DNA of 64,000 nucleotides from Bacteroidota bacterium. Lineage in GTDB: Bacteria; Bacteroidota; Ignavibacteria; UBA10030; UBA8401. Made by a program: the position numbers and the translations under genes. Positions 1-8,494 of this stretch are shown piece after piece. The stretch is taken from positions 34,757 to 98,756 of the forward strand of contig DATJQP010000063.1 of NCBI GenBank assembly GCA_035505655.1, read 5' to 3'. Under the pieces are notes generated by a model that saw nothing but the letters and a program-made list of their open reading frames with translations, did not search any database and was not told the DNA's origin. Within the stretch, counting starts at the first letter, position 1, and each line of letters begins with the position of its first letter.

Positions 1-357
1 CCGGTAGTCCGGGACTTCGATGATATGCTGGAGCTGTCCCTTCGAATCGGTCACCTCGCCGCCGAGGAGGACGCCGGTCAGAGCGAGGTAAACCTCGCCG
101 GTATTCTTCGGCCATTCGTACGGCGTCTCAATATTGATGGGGAAATTTCCGTTCTCTCTGCCGGTGAAGGCGAAGTTGAAGATCGAGGCGCGGACCCTGT
201 TCCCTTCGAGCTGCGTATGTGTCTTGATTCTCGAATCCCCCCGCTCCTTGCTCGGCACGTGCCCGGGCACCGGAGTACCGAATTGAGAGAAGAGTTGGCC
301 GCTCAGGAACAGGATCGCTGCGGCCGTCAGAATCACATGTCGTTTCATAAGAGTCAT
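1..357 (-). CDS. Partial CDS (N-terminal 119 codons; the gene runs off the window start): hypothetical secreted protein
   Basis: Reverse-strand translation from the ATG at 357-355 gives MTLMKRHVILTAAAILFLSGQLFSQ..., a signal-peptide-like N-terminus, and stays open to position 1. It lies 27 nt downstream of the TonB receptor stop on the same strand. The +strand ORF 25..360 is the likely antisense artefact. Confidence 0.4.
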   Translation of the reverse strand, partial: MTLMKRHVILTAAAILFLSGQLFSQFGTPVPGHVPSKERGDSRIKTHTQLEGNRVRASIFNFAFTGRENGNFPINIETPYEWPKNTGEVYLALTGVLLGGEVTDSKGQLQHIIEVPDYR

Positions 358-383
358 TAGGTTATTCCTCCGTTGCAGGGCGG

Positions 384-3074
384 TCAGAATGTGAGCTCAA
401 GTCCAGTTTGAATTAACCGGGGGGCGGCATAGAACCACGGATAGCGAATATATTCGGCCACCGTATTTGGCCGCGCCGGGTCCGGACCTATACCTGAGAC
501 AGAGGTGGTAAAATCGGGCTCGCCGGTGTCCCCGAAAACATTGACGACATTTCGCGCGTCGAGGACGTTGAACACTTTGACATACGCAGTGAAGTCGGTC
601 CCGAACATGTTGAACGTCTTGTTCGCGTAGAGGTCGACATCAAACTGAGGCGGAAGATTTCTCGAGTTCGGTTCGAAGCCGGTGCTGAGTCCCCTGTCCG
701 AGGTGTACTGTGTGACAGCGGGAGTGTACGGAAGTCCGGTGCCGTACTTCATCAGGAGGCTCACGTTCCAACCCTGATCTCCGACGAGGAAGTCGAGATT
801 GAGATTGTGCCGCTGATCCCAGCCGAGGGGCGAGAGAAAGATCACCGGCTGTTGATTGCTGATGGCCGCGTTGAACGCATCATCCGGGTTCGAATTGCTT
901 CCTTCGGCAACCTGATACGTGTAGTTCAACTCGATCGAATAGTGGTTCGAAAACCTCTTCGAGAAGTTGAGCGTGATTCCCCGAACGTTTGAGTAGTCCT
1001 TGTTCGTGTAGACCGAATACGTCACCCCGTTGAGCGTTGGAATCGGCGTACCTGCGGTGATCCAGTCGCGAATGTCCCGGTAGAACCCTGTCGCGTCGAT
1101 GACGAACTCATCCATGAACTGCTGCCGGAATCCTATCTCGTACATGACCGTCCGCTGGGGTTGAAGATCCGGATTGCCGAACGGGCTCGTGGTGGTTCCC
1201 GTACCGGGGACTTTGTATTCGCCTCCATTATAGAGGTACTGGAAGGTCGGAATCTGCAGGAAATGACCGTATGAGAAGTGAACGACCCCATCGACACTGA
1301 TCGGATATGAAACACCGAACCTCGGGCTTAGTTGGGATTTCGGAGTCGCATTTCTGTAGAAGTACGGCTCAAGCTGCGCAACACTCAGCGATTCAAGCCC
1401 GGGTCGGAGCGGATTGTTGATGTTCGGGTCGGAGGGATCGACGAGGACCCTCCCCTTCGAGTTGAAGTAGTCGAATCGGAGACCGACATTGATGATGACG
1501 TCCTTGTATTCGATTTTGTCCTGAAGGTAGCTGGAGAATTCGACCGGCTTCGCATCGTAGAGGTTTCTGTTGATCGACGTCGGGTCGGGGATCGACGGGA
1601 CAAAGGGGACAACCGGCACGCCGTTATCGGTGAGGGGCTGGAGGTAGTAGTCGTCGAACTGGAGATGATGTGCCTTCCCCTCAAACCCGAACTGGACGAG
1701 ATGACTCTCGGACACCTGGCTCGAAAAGTCGAGTTTCGCGGTGTACGATTGCGTCTCCCTGAAGAACCGATGGAGGTCTGTTCCCTTGTCATGGAACGCA
1801 TACGACACCGTCGTGAGGGAGTCCGGAGACTCATACCGCGGATCGTAAGGGTCTGAAAAGAGATACTGGTGGAACGTCTTGTAGAAATAGTTGGTCCTGA
1901 AGGTGTAGAAGGTCCCGGACGAGAGAATGTGATTGATCGTCAGGGTCCCGTCGTAACTCTGCGCATATTTAAAAGGATTTCCGCCGGGTTCCAGCTTGAA
2001 GCCATAGGTATCACTGTTGAAGTCCTGATAGTTGTCCTTCGAATAAAGAAGCTCCGTGTTGATCTTGAGGTCCTTCACAAACTGATAGGCGATGTTTGCC
2101 TGTCCAAGCCACCGTTTGCTCCAATTCATCGCCACTGTATGGCCGTCCCCTTTCGTGCCGTCGATATTGTAATCGTCGTATCCGTAAAGGTATCCGTCGT
2201 CGTACACGTAGCGGCCATTCCCGAAGAACGTCACGGTGTTGTTGGTGCCGGGGATGGGGCCGCTGAGGCTCCCCTGGTAATTGTAGTTTGAAAAGGGATT
2301 GTAGTGGTCGACGTTCGGGAAGTACGAAGTAAAATTGCTCACGTAGTCCGAACCGTAGACATTGAGGGATCCATGATAGTCCTTCCCTCCTTCTTTCGTC
2401 ACGGTGTTCACAATCCCGGACATCGCGTTGCCGTACTCCGCGTTAAAAGTCCCGCTGATGACCTGGAGTTCCTGGATACTGCTATTGTCGAGGTCGATGC
2501 CTCGGCTGTTGTCGTACGGGTCAGTCACGGAGATTCCGTTCACCCAGTACGCGATTTCCGTCGTCCGACCGCCGCGAATGTGGAACCCTCCGCTGGCGTC
2601 TTTCGAGATGCCGGCCTGGAGGCCCAGGACGTCATCGAACTCGGCCGCGGGAAGCGACTTGATCTGATCGGCGGAGACCGTCGATTGCGACGAGGTGACG
2701 TCCTTCTTCACGGCGTCCTGCTTTCCCTCGATGACGACAGCCTGCATTTCCACGGTGGTTTCCATCAGCGAGAAATCGACCTTCGTCGTCTGATCGATCG
2801 AGACGGAAACGTCGTTGACGTCGACAGGCTGGTAGCCGAGATATTGTGCGCGGATGGAATACTTCCCCGGAGGGATGTTGAGGATGACGTAGTTGCCGTC
2901 GATGTCCGCGACCGTGCCGAGGGTCGTCCCGACGATGATGATATTGCAGGCCGGGAGAGACTCTTTGGTCTTCGCATCGACGACTTTCCCCGTCAACTTG
3001 CCGGTGGTCCCCCCGAATGCTTCACTGATCAGAACAAAACTACTGAGGAGCAGAACTGGTAGAAGTTTTCTCAT
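384..3074 (-). CDS. TonB-dependent outer-membrane receptor (carboxypeptidase-regulatory-like N-domain, plug, beta-barrel)
   Basis: Signal peptide. The N-terminal NIIIVGTTLGTVADIDGNYVILNIPPGKYSIRAQYLGY is CarbopepD_reg-like. The plug region reads FHIRGGRTTEIAYWVNGISV. The C-terminus is ...LELTF with a terminal Phe. Confidence 0.85.
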   Translation of the reverse strand: MRKLLPVLLLSSFVLISEAFGGTTGKLTGKVVDAKTKESLPACNIIIVGTTLGTVADIDGNYVILNIPPGKYSIRAQYLGYQPVDVNDVSVSIDQTTKVDFSLMETTVEMQAVVIEGKQDAVKKDVTSSQSTVSADQIKSLPAAEFDDVLGLQAGISKDASGGFHIRGGRTTEIAYWVNGISVTDPYDNSRGIDLDNSSIQELQVISGTFNAEYGNAMSGIVNTVTKEGGKDYHGSLNVYGSDYVSNFTSYFPNVDHYNPFSNYNYQGSLSGPIPGTNNTVTFFGNGRYVYDDGYLYGYDDYNIDGTKGDGHTVAMNWSKRWLGQANIAYQFVKDLKINTELLYSKDNYQDFNSDTYGFKLEPGGNPFKYAQSYDGTLTINHILSSGTFYTFRTNYFYKTFHQYLFSDPYDPRYESPDSLTTVSYAFHDKGTDLHRFFRETQSYTAKLDFSSQVSESHLVQFGFEGKAHHLQFDDYYLQPLTDNGVPVVPFVPSIPDPTSINRNLYDAKPVEFSSYLQDKIEYKDVIINVGLRFDYFNSKGRVLVDPSDPNINNPLRPGLESLSVAQLEPYFYRNATPKSQLSPRFGVSYPISVDGVVHFSYGHFLQIPTFQYLYNGGEYKVPGTGTTTSPFGNPDLQPQRTVMYEIGFRQQFMDEFVIDATGFYRDIRDWITAGTPIPTLNGVTYSVYTNKDYSNVRGITLNFSKRFSNHYSIELNYTYQVAEGSNSNPDDAFNAAISNQQPVIFLSPLGWDQRHNLNLDFLVGDQGWNVSLLMKYGTGLPYTPAVTQYTSDRGLSTGFEPNSRNLPPQFDVDLYANKTFNMFGTDFTAYVKVFNVLDARNVVNVFGDTGEPDFTTSVSGIGPDPARPNTVAEYIRYPWFYAAPRLIQTGLELTF

Positions 3075-3102
3075 AGATCTCTCCGAAGATACGGTGGCAT
3101 TT

Positions 3103-4815
3103 TTAGTTGCCGGCTAATTTTAGAGTGTAATTCTTGACAAGCTCGACGTTCGTTTTGACCGATGTCAGCTTCGCTAGCGCTTCGAGCTTCCGCTGCATAT
3201 ACGGGAAGCCCTTTTCATTCCTGATTGCCTTCACGATGGCGTCGCGCACGAGAGCAAGATCGATCGGTCGTCCTTCTTCCCTCCCGAGAAGACGGAAGAG
3301 GCCGTAGTATTTGTCGAAGTGGACGGGCCCGAGAACGCTCCCCGAGGGGAGGTTCCAGAGAGTGTCCTTCAGCTCCCCAAAATAGGAAAAGGGAGAGAGA
3401 CCCATGATCCCCCTGTTCTTCGCAGTCCACGAACGCAACGAATACTTCGCAGCGAGATCTCCGAAATCCTCTCCGCTGTCGAGCCGGCGGCGAAGGTTCT
3501 CCGCCGTCTGATCGTCGGCGACGATAATCTCCTGCACGTTCATCTGTCGCTCGCCCGTATAGTAGGCAATGTTCTTCTCGTAGTAGCGCGTGATTTCAGA
3601 GTCGGCCACGGGAACGAGGTCGAGAACCTCGTTTCGTTTGTAGTCGAGGTAGATGTAGTTGGCGAGCGTCGTGTACGTCTCCGCGACATAGGACGTGGTG
3701 TCGTACCCCTTCGCATGGGCTATCCCCATGAGCACATCCTGCATGACGAGGCCCGTGACGGCAAGCTTCAACTGGCGCTCGTTCGTCACGAGCTTGCGGT
3801 CGAACTCGGGCGTCCCGAAGAGTTTTGTTTCGATGTCGGCCTGGCTGTAGACCCTTCCGGCGTATTCAACGCACCGCTGGGAACCTGCGCGGCGTTCCGG
3901 GTTCACCTCATGCAATCCGGATTCGGTCTTTTCGAGGTCGTCATAGATGGCCTTCAGCGCCTTGTCGTTGAATTTCATCTTCTCTCTATTGAAGACGTTT
4001 TTGAGGTATGCCGCCTCGTACGGGGCCTTCTTGTCGATCTTCAGCGCTCGTTCAATCTTTCGCTTCATGTTCAGGAAACCATACTCTGTCGCGAAGGGGT
4101 CCTCGACTCTCCCGTCGACACGGATGATGCTGTACCCCTCCGCCGTCCTCACCGGACGCGAGACTTCCCCCACTTTCAGCGAGTAGGCAACACGCTCAAA
4201 CTCGGGGTCCGTTTGCCCCCACGTGATATAACCAAGATATCCGCCGTTGTTCCTCAACGTGGTATCCGTGAAGACCTGCTTTGCGAGCTCCTCAAAGCTG
4301 ACACCGATTTTCACGAGATGATAGAGGTTTTCGGCCTCCTTCTCGGTCGCGGCATAGAGGTGTCGCACTGCGATCTTGACCTTCGATCGTTGGTACGCTT
4401 CCCGGAGTTCGCGATCCGTCACGGTGATCTTCGCGTAGACTTCCTGGTCCTTAAGGAAGGCAAGGACCGTTCTCGTCCAGGCGGAGGCAAGCTCCTTCTT
4501 GTATTCGGGATCACTGTACACTTTGGCGTTATCGTCGTACCGTCTCAGGAGGATTTCGTTCACCATATTGTTGAGAACGGCGTAGCGCGCCCTTACGTTG
4601 TCCTGGACGCCGGTGAAGACGAGGTAATCTTCGTACCTCGACTTGAAATCGTTGTACGAAAGAGCGCTGTCGCCGACCCACGCCACGGTCGTCGCGGAGT
4701 CGGGAATCGTCGGAGCGGACTCTGCGAGGGTCGGGATGAGCATCCATACGCAGAGCGAGGCGAGTAGGGAGATCATCATTCGCCTGCGGTTTGCCCGATG
4801 AAACCTGTCAGTCAT
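3103..4815 (-). CDS. SurA/PpiD-like periplasmic chaperone with two parvulin-type peptidyl-prolyl isomerase domains
   Basis: Two PPIase-like blocks: VRHLYAATEKEAENLY...GGYLGYITWGQ and MNVQEIIVADDQTAENLRRRLDSGEDFGDLAAKYS...GIMGLSPF. N-terminal hydrophobic segment. The exact start is uncertain, possibly at MMISLL. Confidence 0.75.
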   Translation of the reverse strand: MTDRFHRANRRRMMISLLASLCVWMLIPTLAESAPTIPDSATTVAWVGDSALSYNDFKSRYEDYLVFTGVQDNVRARYAVLNNMVNEILLRRYDDNAKVYSDPEYKKELASAWTRTVLAFLKDQEVYAKITVTDRELREAYQRSKVKIAVRHLYAATEKEAENLYHLVKIGVSFEELAKQVFTDTTLRNNGGYLGYITWGQTDPEFERVAYSLKVGEVSRPVRTAEGYSIIRVDGRVEDPFATEYGFLNMKRKIERALKIDKKAPYEAAYLKNVFNREKMKFNDKALKAIYDDLEKTESGLHEVNPERRAGSQRCVEYAGRVYSQADIETKLFGTPEFDRKLVTNERQLKLAVTGLVMQDVLMGIAHAKGYDTTSYVAETYTTLANYIYLDYKRNEVLDLVPVADSEITRYYEKNIAYYTGERQMNVQEIIVADDQTAENLRRRLDSGEDFGDLAAKYSLRSWTAKNRGIMGLSPFSYFGELKDTLWNLPSGSVLGPVHFDKYYGLFRLLGREEGRPIDLALVRDAIVKAIRNEKGFPYMQRKLEALAKLTSVKTNVELVKNYTLKLAGN

Positions 4816-4818
4816 TGC

Positions 4819-5871
4819 TCAGTCTTTCGCGTGGACGAAATCTTCGACCGGGGAATACATTTTGTTCATTCCGCACGTTGCCCGCACCACGAGCTTCGGG
4901 AGGAAGTTGATGTGAGAGGGGGGGCCGGAGGCGTTATCCATCCGGGCGATAAGTTTTTCGACAGCCAGTTCTCCGATTTCATGCATCGGCTGTCGCATCG
5001 TTGTGAGGCCGAATTGCTCGGCAAGTTCAATATCGTCAAATCCTACAAGGGCAACGTCCTGCGGGACCTTGAGGCCGGCCTGCCGGAGCGCACTGAGCGC
5101 TCCGATCGCCTGGATGTCGCTCGTGATGAAGATTGCGGTCGGAAGCTCGCCTCCTGCACTCAGCATCTCTTTCATCGATTGGTATCCCGCCTCCCGGGTA
5201 AACCCGTCGTTCTTCGTTATCTTGCTGACAACGACGTTTTCCGGCCGCAGGTTGAGTCCGGCGGAGGTGATGGCGTCCTTGAAACCCGCAATGCGTTCGC
5301 GCGAAGGAACGCTGTTAACGTTGGCGCTGATCATCCCGATGTTTTTGTGCCCCATCGAGATAAGATGGTTTGTGGCGATTGTCGCTCCCTGAAAATTTTC
5401 CACCGCGAGCGAATCGAACTGATCGTCGAACGTATCGACAAGGACGACAGGCTTGGAGTGGTCCTTAAACTTGTCGACGAAAGAACCGGGGAGCTTCATG
5501 GAGAAGAAGAGGATTCCGTCGACCCGACCTCGCTGAAGACTCTTCCGTAAGTACTCGTCGATCTGTTCCGGGTGGTCGATCCCGTATAAGATCAGGTCGT
5601 ACCCCGCGGCTGAAATCTTATCCTGGACGCCCTGGAGGACCTCGATGAAAAAGTAGTTCGTGAAGAACGGTATGATCGCCGCAATGGTGTTCGTCCGTTT
5701 TCGGGCGAGGGCCTGAGCATAGGCATGCGGATGGTAGTTGAGCCGTTTTGCCACGGCGAGGATCTTTTCACGGGTCTTCGCGGTGACGTTCGGATGATTA
5801 TTAAACACCCGGGATACCGTCCCGATTCCGACTTGAGCTTCCCTTGCGATGTCGTAGATCGTAACTGCCAA
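4819..5871 (-). CDS. LacI-family transcriptional regulator
   Basis: N-terminal HTH AVTIYDIAREAQVGIGTVSRVFNNHPNVTAKTREKILAVAKRLNYHPHAYAQALA followed by a periplasmic-binding-protein-like sugar-binding fold. The first possible start is TTG at 5871-5869, because an in-frame TAA lies 45 nt upstream. Confidence 0.9.
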   Translation of the reverse strand: MAVTIYDIAREAQVGIGTVSRVFNNHPNVTAKTREKILAVAKRLNYHPHAYAQALARKRTNTIAAIIPFFTNYFFIEVLQGVQDKISAAGYDLILYGIDHPEQIDEYLRKSLQRGRVDGILFFSMKLPGSFVDKFKDHSKPVVLVDTFDDQFDSLAVENFQGATIATNHLISMGHKNIGMISANVNSVPSRERIAGFKDAITSAGLNLRPENVVVSKITKNDGFTREAGYQSMKEMLSAGGELPTAIFITSDIQAIGALSALRQAGLKVPQDVALVGFDDIELAEQFGLTTMRQPMHEIGELAVEKLIARMDNASGPPSHINFLPKLVVRATCGMNKMYSPVEDFVHAKD

Positions 5872-5944
5872 TCGAGGCCTGGAGGCTAAGGTACTTGTGG
5901 AAGGGCTTCCAAGAACTTAAGACATTTTTGGCCTGATTGTCAAG

Positions 5945-5989
5945 GAAAAAATGAAGAATCTTGAAACGATGGCAAAAAGCGACCCATCG
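5945..5989 (-). terminator. Candidate intrinsic terminator after the carbamoyltransferase/SxtJ/DUF5989 operon
   Basis: On the minus strand the stem CGATGG (5984-5989) pairs with CCATCG (5967-5972) across an 11-nt loop, followed by the U-rich tail UUUCAAGAUUCUUCAUUUUUU. It sits about 60 nt downstream of the DUF5989 stop. Confidence 0.4.
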
Positions 5990-6020
5990 CTTCCAAGAAA
6001 TTGGAAGTAAATCGGCAGAC

Positions 6021-6032
6021 TTTACCGGTAAA
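6021..6032. promoter_or_regulatory. Perfect 12-bp palindrome TTTACCGGTAAA (CG-centred); candidate LacI-type operator
   Basis: Read directly from the sequence. It lies between the DUF5989 stop (6051) and the lacI start (5871). Many LacI-family operators are CG-centred palindromes. Confidence 0.25.
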
Positions 6033-6050
6033 GGGCCCCGACGTGCGGTC

Positions 6051-6209
6051 TTAGAAGAGGGTGTAGATGAACGGAGCCAGGGCGCTCCCTTTCGTGAGGA
6101 CAATGAGGAGCCCAAAGAGAACAAGCACCACCACGATCGGGACAAGCCACCATTTCTTGTTCTCTTTGAGGAACTGAAGATACTCTGCGATGATCCTGAG
6201 CTTGGCCAC
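6051..6209 (-). CDS. DUF5989 (SxtK-like) small membrane protein; not in the supplied ORF track
   Basis: Manual reverse-strand translation gives (GTG)AKLRIIAEYLQFLKENKKWWLVPIVVVLVLFGLLIVLTKGSALAPFIYTLF*, 52 aa. A GGAGGT Shine-Dalgarno sits 5 nt upstream of the GTG. The KKWWL(L/V)P motif followed by one TM helix is the DUF5989 signature. The gene starts 11 nt after the SxtJ-like stop. Confidence 0.7.
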   Translation of the reverse strand: MAKLRIIAEYLQFLKENKKWWLVPIVVVLVLFGLLIVLTKGSALAPFIYTLF

Positions 6210-6220
6210 GGTGGACCTCC

Positions 6221-6652
6221 TTATACCATTTTGTCGTAATCAATTTTCTTTCCGCCCGGCCTCGGAATCCAGTACGATTCCTTCCCGCTTCCGAAACCAG
6301 TGTTGATAAACTTCTTCCCCACCGCCCGCGCAATCGCTCCCAGCGGGGAGAGGACTGTATAGAAAAGAAGGATGAGAATAAGCCTGGAGACAATCCAACC
6401 GAGCGCAAAGGCTATTGCCATCCAGACTACGTACGACCTGTCGAGGAGGCGCGGTTTCGCCCATCCTGCAAGAAGAAGGAGAAGACCCGCGAGCCCGATC
6501 GGCACAATCGCCGACTCAGACCAGTGCTTGATCGAGCCAAGGAGGGCAAGAAGGAGAAATGCGCCACCGACGACGAGCCCGAATTTCCTCAGTTCCAGAT
6601 CCCCCCGCTTCAGTCGCTCAACCTCGTCCCGTACATCGCTAATCCAGCTCAT
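6221..6652 (-). CDS. SxtJ-family membrane protein
   Basis: 143 aa with two TM segments; the N-terminus is MSWISDVRDEVERLKRGDLELRKFGLVVGGAFLLL. It overlaps the carbamoyltransferase stop by 14 nt. SxtJ-like genes classically follow O-carbamoyltransferase genes. Confidence 0.7.
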   Translation of the reverse strand: MSWISDVRDEVERLKRGDLELRKFGLVVGGAFLLLALLGSIKHWSESAIVPIGLAGLLLLLAGWAKPRLLDRSYVVWMAIAFALGWIVSRLILILLFYTVLSPLGAIARAVGKKFINTGFGSGKESYWIPRPGGKKIDYDKMV

Positions 6653-8459
6653 AGACCTCCTTCCATCGGACGTCGTCGTGAAACACCGGCTGAGCCGATT
6701 TCTCCAACACGCAACACCCGAGTACGAGAAGATCGAGATCCGTTCTCATGAAACACTTGTACGCATCGAGAGGTGTCGCGACGATCGGCTCGCCTCTCAC
6801 ATTGAACGAAGTGTTGACAACGACGGGACACCCGGTCAAGTCAAAAAAGGTCGAGATAAGCTTGTGGTAGAGAGGATTGTCCCGTTTGTTCACGGTCTGG
6901 ATCCTGGCGGAATAATCGACGTGCGTCACCGCCGGAATCGTTGACCGGACGATATTGAGCTTCTCGATCCCCCAGAGATTCTTCTCCGCCTCGGTCATGG
7001 CCCGTTGCTTCTCTTTTGCCACATCTGCCACAAGGAGCATGTAGGGACTCTCGCGGTCGAGATCGAACCACTCCTCCGCCTTCTCTGCGAGGACCGACGG
7101 CGCAAACGGACGGAATCCTTCGCGGAATTTAATCTTCACGTTCATCTTCTTCTGCATCTCCGGAGAACGCGCATCCCCAAGGATGGATCGATTGCCGAGC
7201 GCACGCGGACCGAATTCCATCCTTCCCTGGAACCATCCGATGATCCTGCCGTCGGCGATCGCTTGAGCGACATGGCTGCACAGTTCGTCGTTTCCTTTGA
7301 GACGCGTGTACGGGAGGCGATGGGCATCAAGGAATGCCGCGATGTCTTCATCCGAGTACTGAGGACCGAGATACGTCCCCCCCTGCTCGTCGCTCCCCGA
7401 TTTCGGCGGCGCCTGAGCGCCGCGGTAATGGTAATGGGCGATGTACGCCGCACCGATGGCACCTCCTGCGTCCCCCGCTGCGGGCTGAATCCATAGATCG
7501 TCAAAGGTCCCCGAACGAAGGATCCTCCCGTTTGCCACGCAATTCAACGCAACGCCCCCGGCGAGGCAGAGATGCCGCTCCCCCGTCATGCGCTTGACGT
7601 GGCGAACCATTTTCATCATCACCTCTTCGGTGACGACCTGGATTGATGCCGCGAGGTCGAGTTCCCGCTGTGTAAGACGGCTCTCCGGAATGCGAGGAGG
7701 ACCGTCGAAGAGCTCTTCAAATTTCCTGTTCGTCATCGTCAGTCCGGCACAATAATCGAAGTACTCCATGTTCATGACGAACGATCCGTCCTCTTTGAGG
7801 TCGAGGAGGTAGTCGAAGATCTTCCGGGCGTACCGCGGCTCGCCGTACGGAGCCAGCCCCATGACCTTGTATTCTCCCGAGTTGACCTTGAACCCGGTGA
7901 AGTACGTAAACGCAGAATAGAGCAACCCTAACGAGTGCGGGAAATGAATCTCGGAAAGGATCTCGACCCGGTTCCCCCGTCCGGTCCCAATCGAGGAGGT
8001 GGCGAGTTCTCCAACCCCGTCGATCGTGAGGATGGCTGCCTCCGTGAAGGGAGAAGGGAAAAAAGCGGAGGCCGCGTGCGATTCGTGGTGTTCGGGAAAG
8101 ATAACGGGCCCGTTGTAGTCGAGTTCCTTTGCGATGAGATCGGGAACCCAAAGCTTCTCCTGGAGCCAGAGGGGCATCGCCATCATGAACGACTGTATCC
8201 CTCGCGGTGCGAAGGTGAGGTACGTCTCGAGGAGTCGGTTGAACTTCAGCAGCGGTTTGTCATAGAAGGCGACGCAGTTGAGCTCGCTCGCCTTTACTCC
8301 CCCCTCCTCCAGACAGTAGGCAACCGCATGGCGTGGAAAGCGATGATCGTGTTTCTTCCGGGTGAAACGTTCCTCCTGCGCGGCTGCGACAAGCTTGCCG
8401 TCGCGAAGAAGACAAGCCGCCGAGTCGTGATAGTATGCTGAGATGCCGAGGATGTCCAT
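6639..8459 (-). CDS. O-carbamoyltransferase (NodU/CmcH/SxtI family)
   Basis: MDILGISAYYHDSAACLLRDGKLVAAAQEERFTRKKHD... matches the N-terminus of NodU/CmcH. The start was trimmed to the ATG at 8459-8457. The track ORF extends 107 codons further upstream, into the 3' end of the M64 gene. Confidence 0.9.
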   Translation of the reverse strand: MDILGISAYYHDSAACLLRDGKLVAAAQEERFTRKKHDHRFPRHAVAYCLEEGGVKASELNCVAFYDKPLLKFNRLLETYLTFAPRGIQSFMMAMPLWLQEKLWVPDLIAKELDYNGPVIFPEHHESHAASAFFPSPFTEAAILTIDGVGELATSSIGTGRGNRVEILSEIHFPHSLGLLYSAFTYFTGFKVNSGEYKVMGLAPYGEPRYARKIFDYLLDLKEDGSFVMNMEYFDYCAGLTMTNRKFEELFDGPPRIPESRLTQRELDLAASIQVVTEEVMMKMVRHVKRMTGERHLCLAGGVALNCVANGRILRSGTFDDLWIQPAAGDAGGAIGAAYIAHYHYRGAQAPPKSGSDEQGGTYLGPQYSDEDIAAFLDAHRLPYTRLKGNDELCSHVAQAIADGRIIGWFQGRMEFGPRALGNRSILGDARSPEMQKKMNVKIKFREGFRPFAPSVLAEKAEEWFDLDRESPYMLLVADVAKEKQRAMTEAEKNLWGIEKLNIVRSTIPAVTHVDYSARIQTVNKRDNPLYHKLISTFFDLTGCPVVVNTSFNVRGEPIVATPLDAYKCFMRTDLDLLVLGCCVLEKSAQPVFHDDVRWKEVYELD

Positions 8460-8494
8460 GAATTTCCTGAGACCCGGGGTCTCGTCTGCAAACC

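Noticed and set aside
25-360. 111-aa +strand ORF at the window start
   Set aside because: The opposite strand encodes a better candidate, with a signal-peptide N-terminus and an open frame running to position 1, placed co-directionally just downstream of the TonB receptor.
1332-3062. +strand ORFs 1332..1856, 1869..2291 and 2304..3062
   Set aside because: All are antisense to the TonB-dependent receptor gene and have no family motifs.
3319-4767. 482-aa +strand ORF
   Set aside because: It is entirely nested antisense to the SurA-like PPIase gene, which has clear family motifs. Its Arg/Gly/Val/Leu-rich composition is typical of spurious open frames in GC-rich DNA.
8460-8494. Near-palindrome GAGACCCGGGGTCTC between the M64 and carbamoyltransferase genes
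   Set aside because: The stem would leave too short a loop (1 nt) to form as a perfect hairpin, and a 5-bp stem is weak. It is probably a coincidental SmaI-like site.
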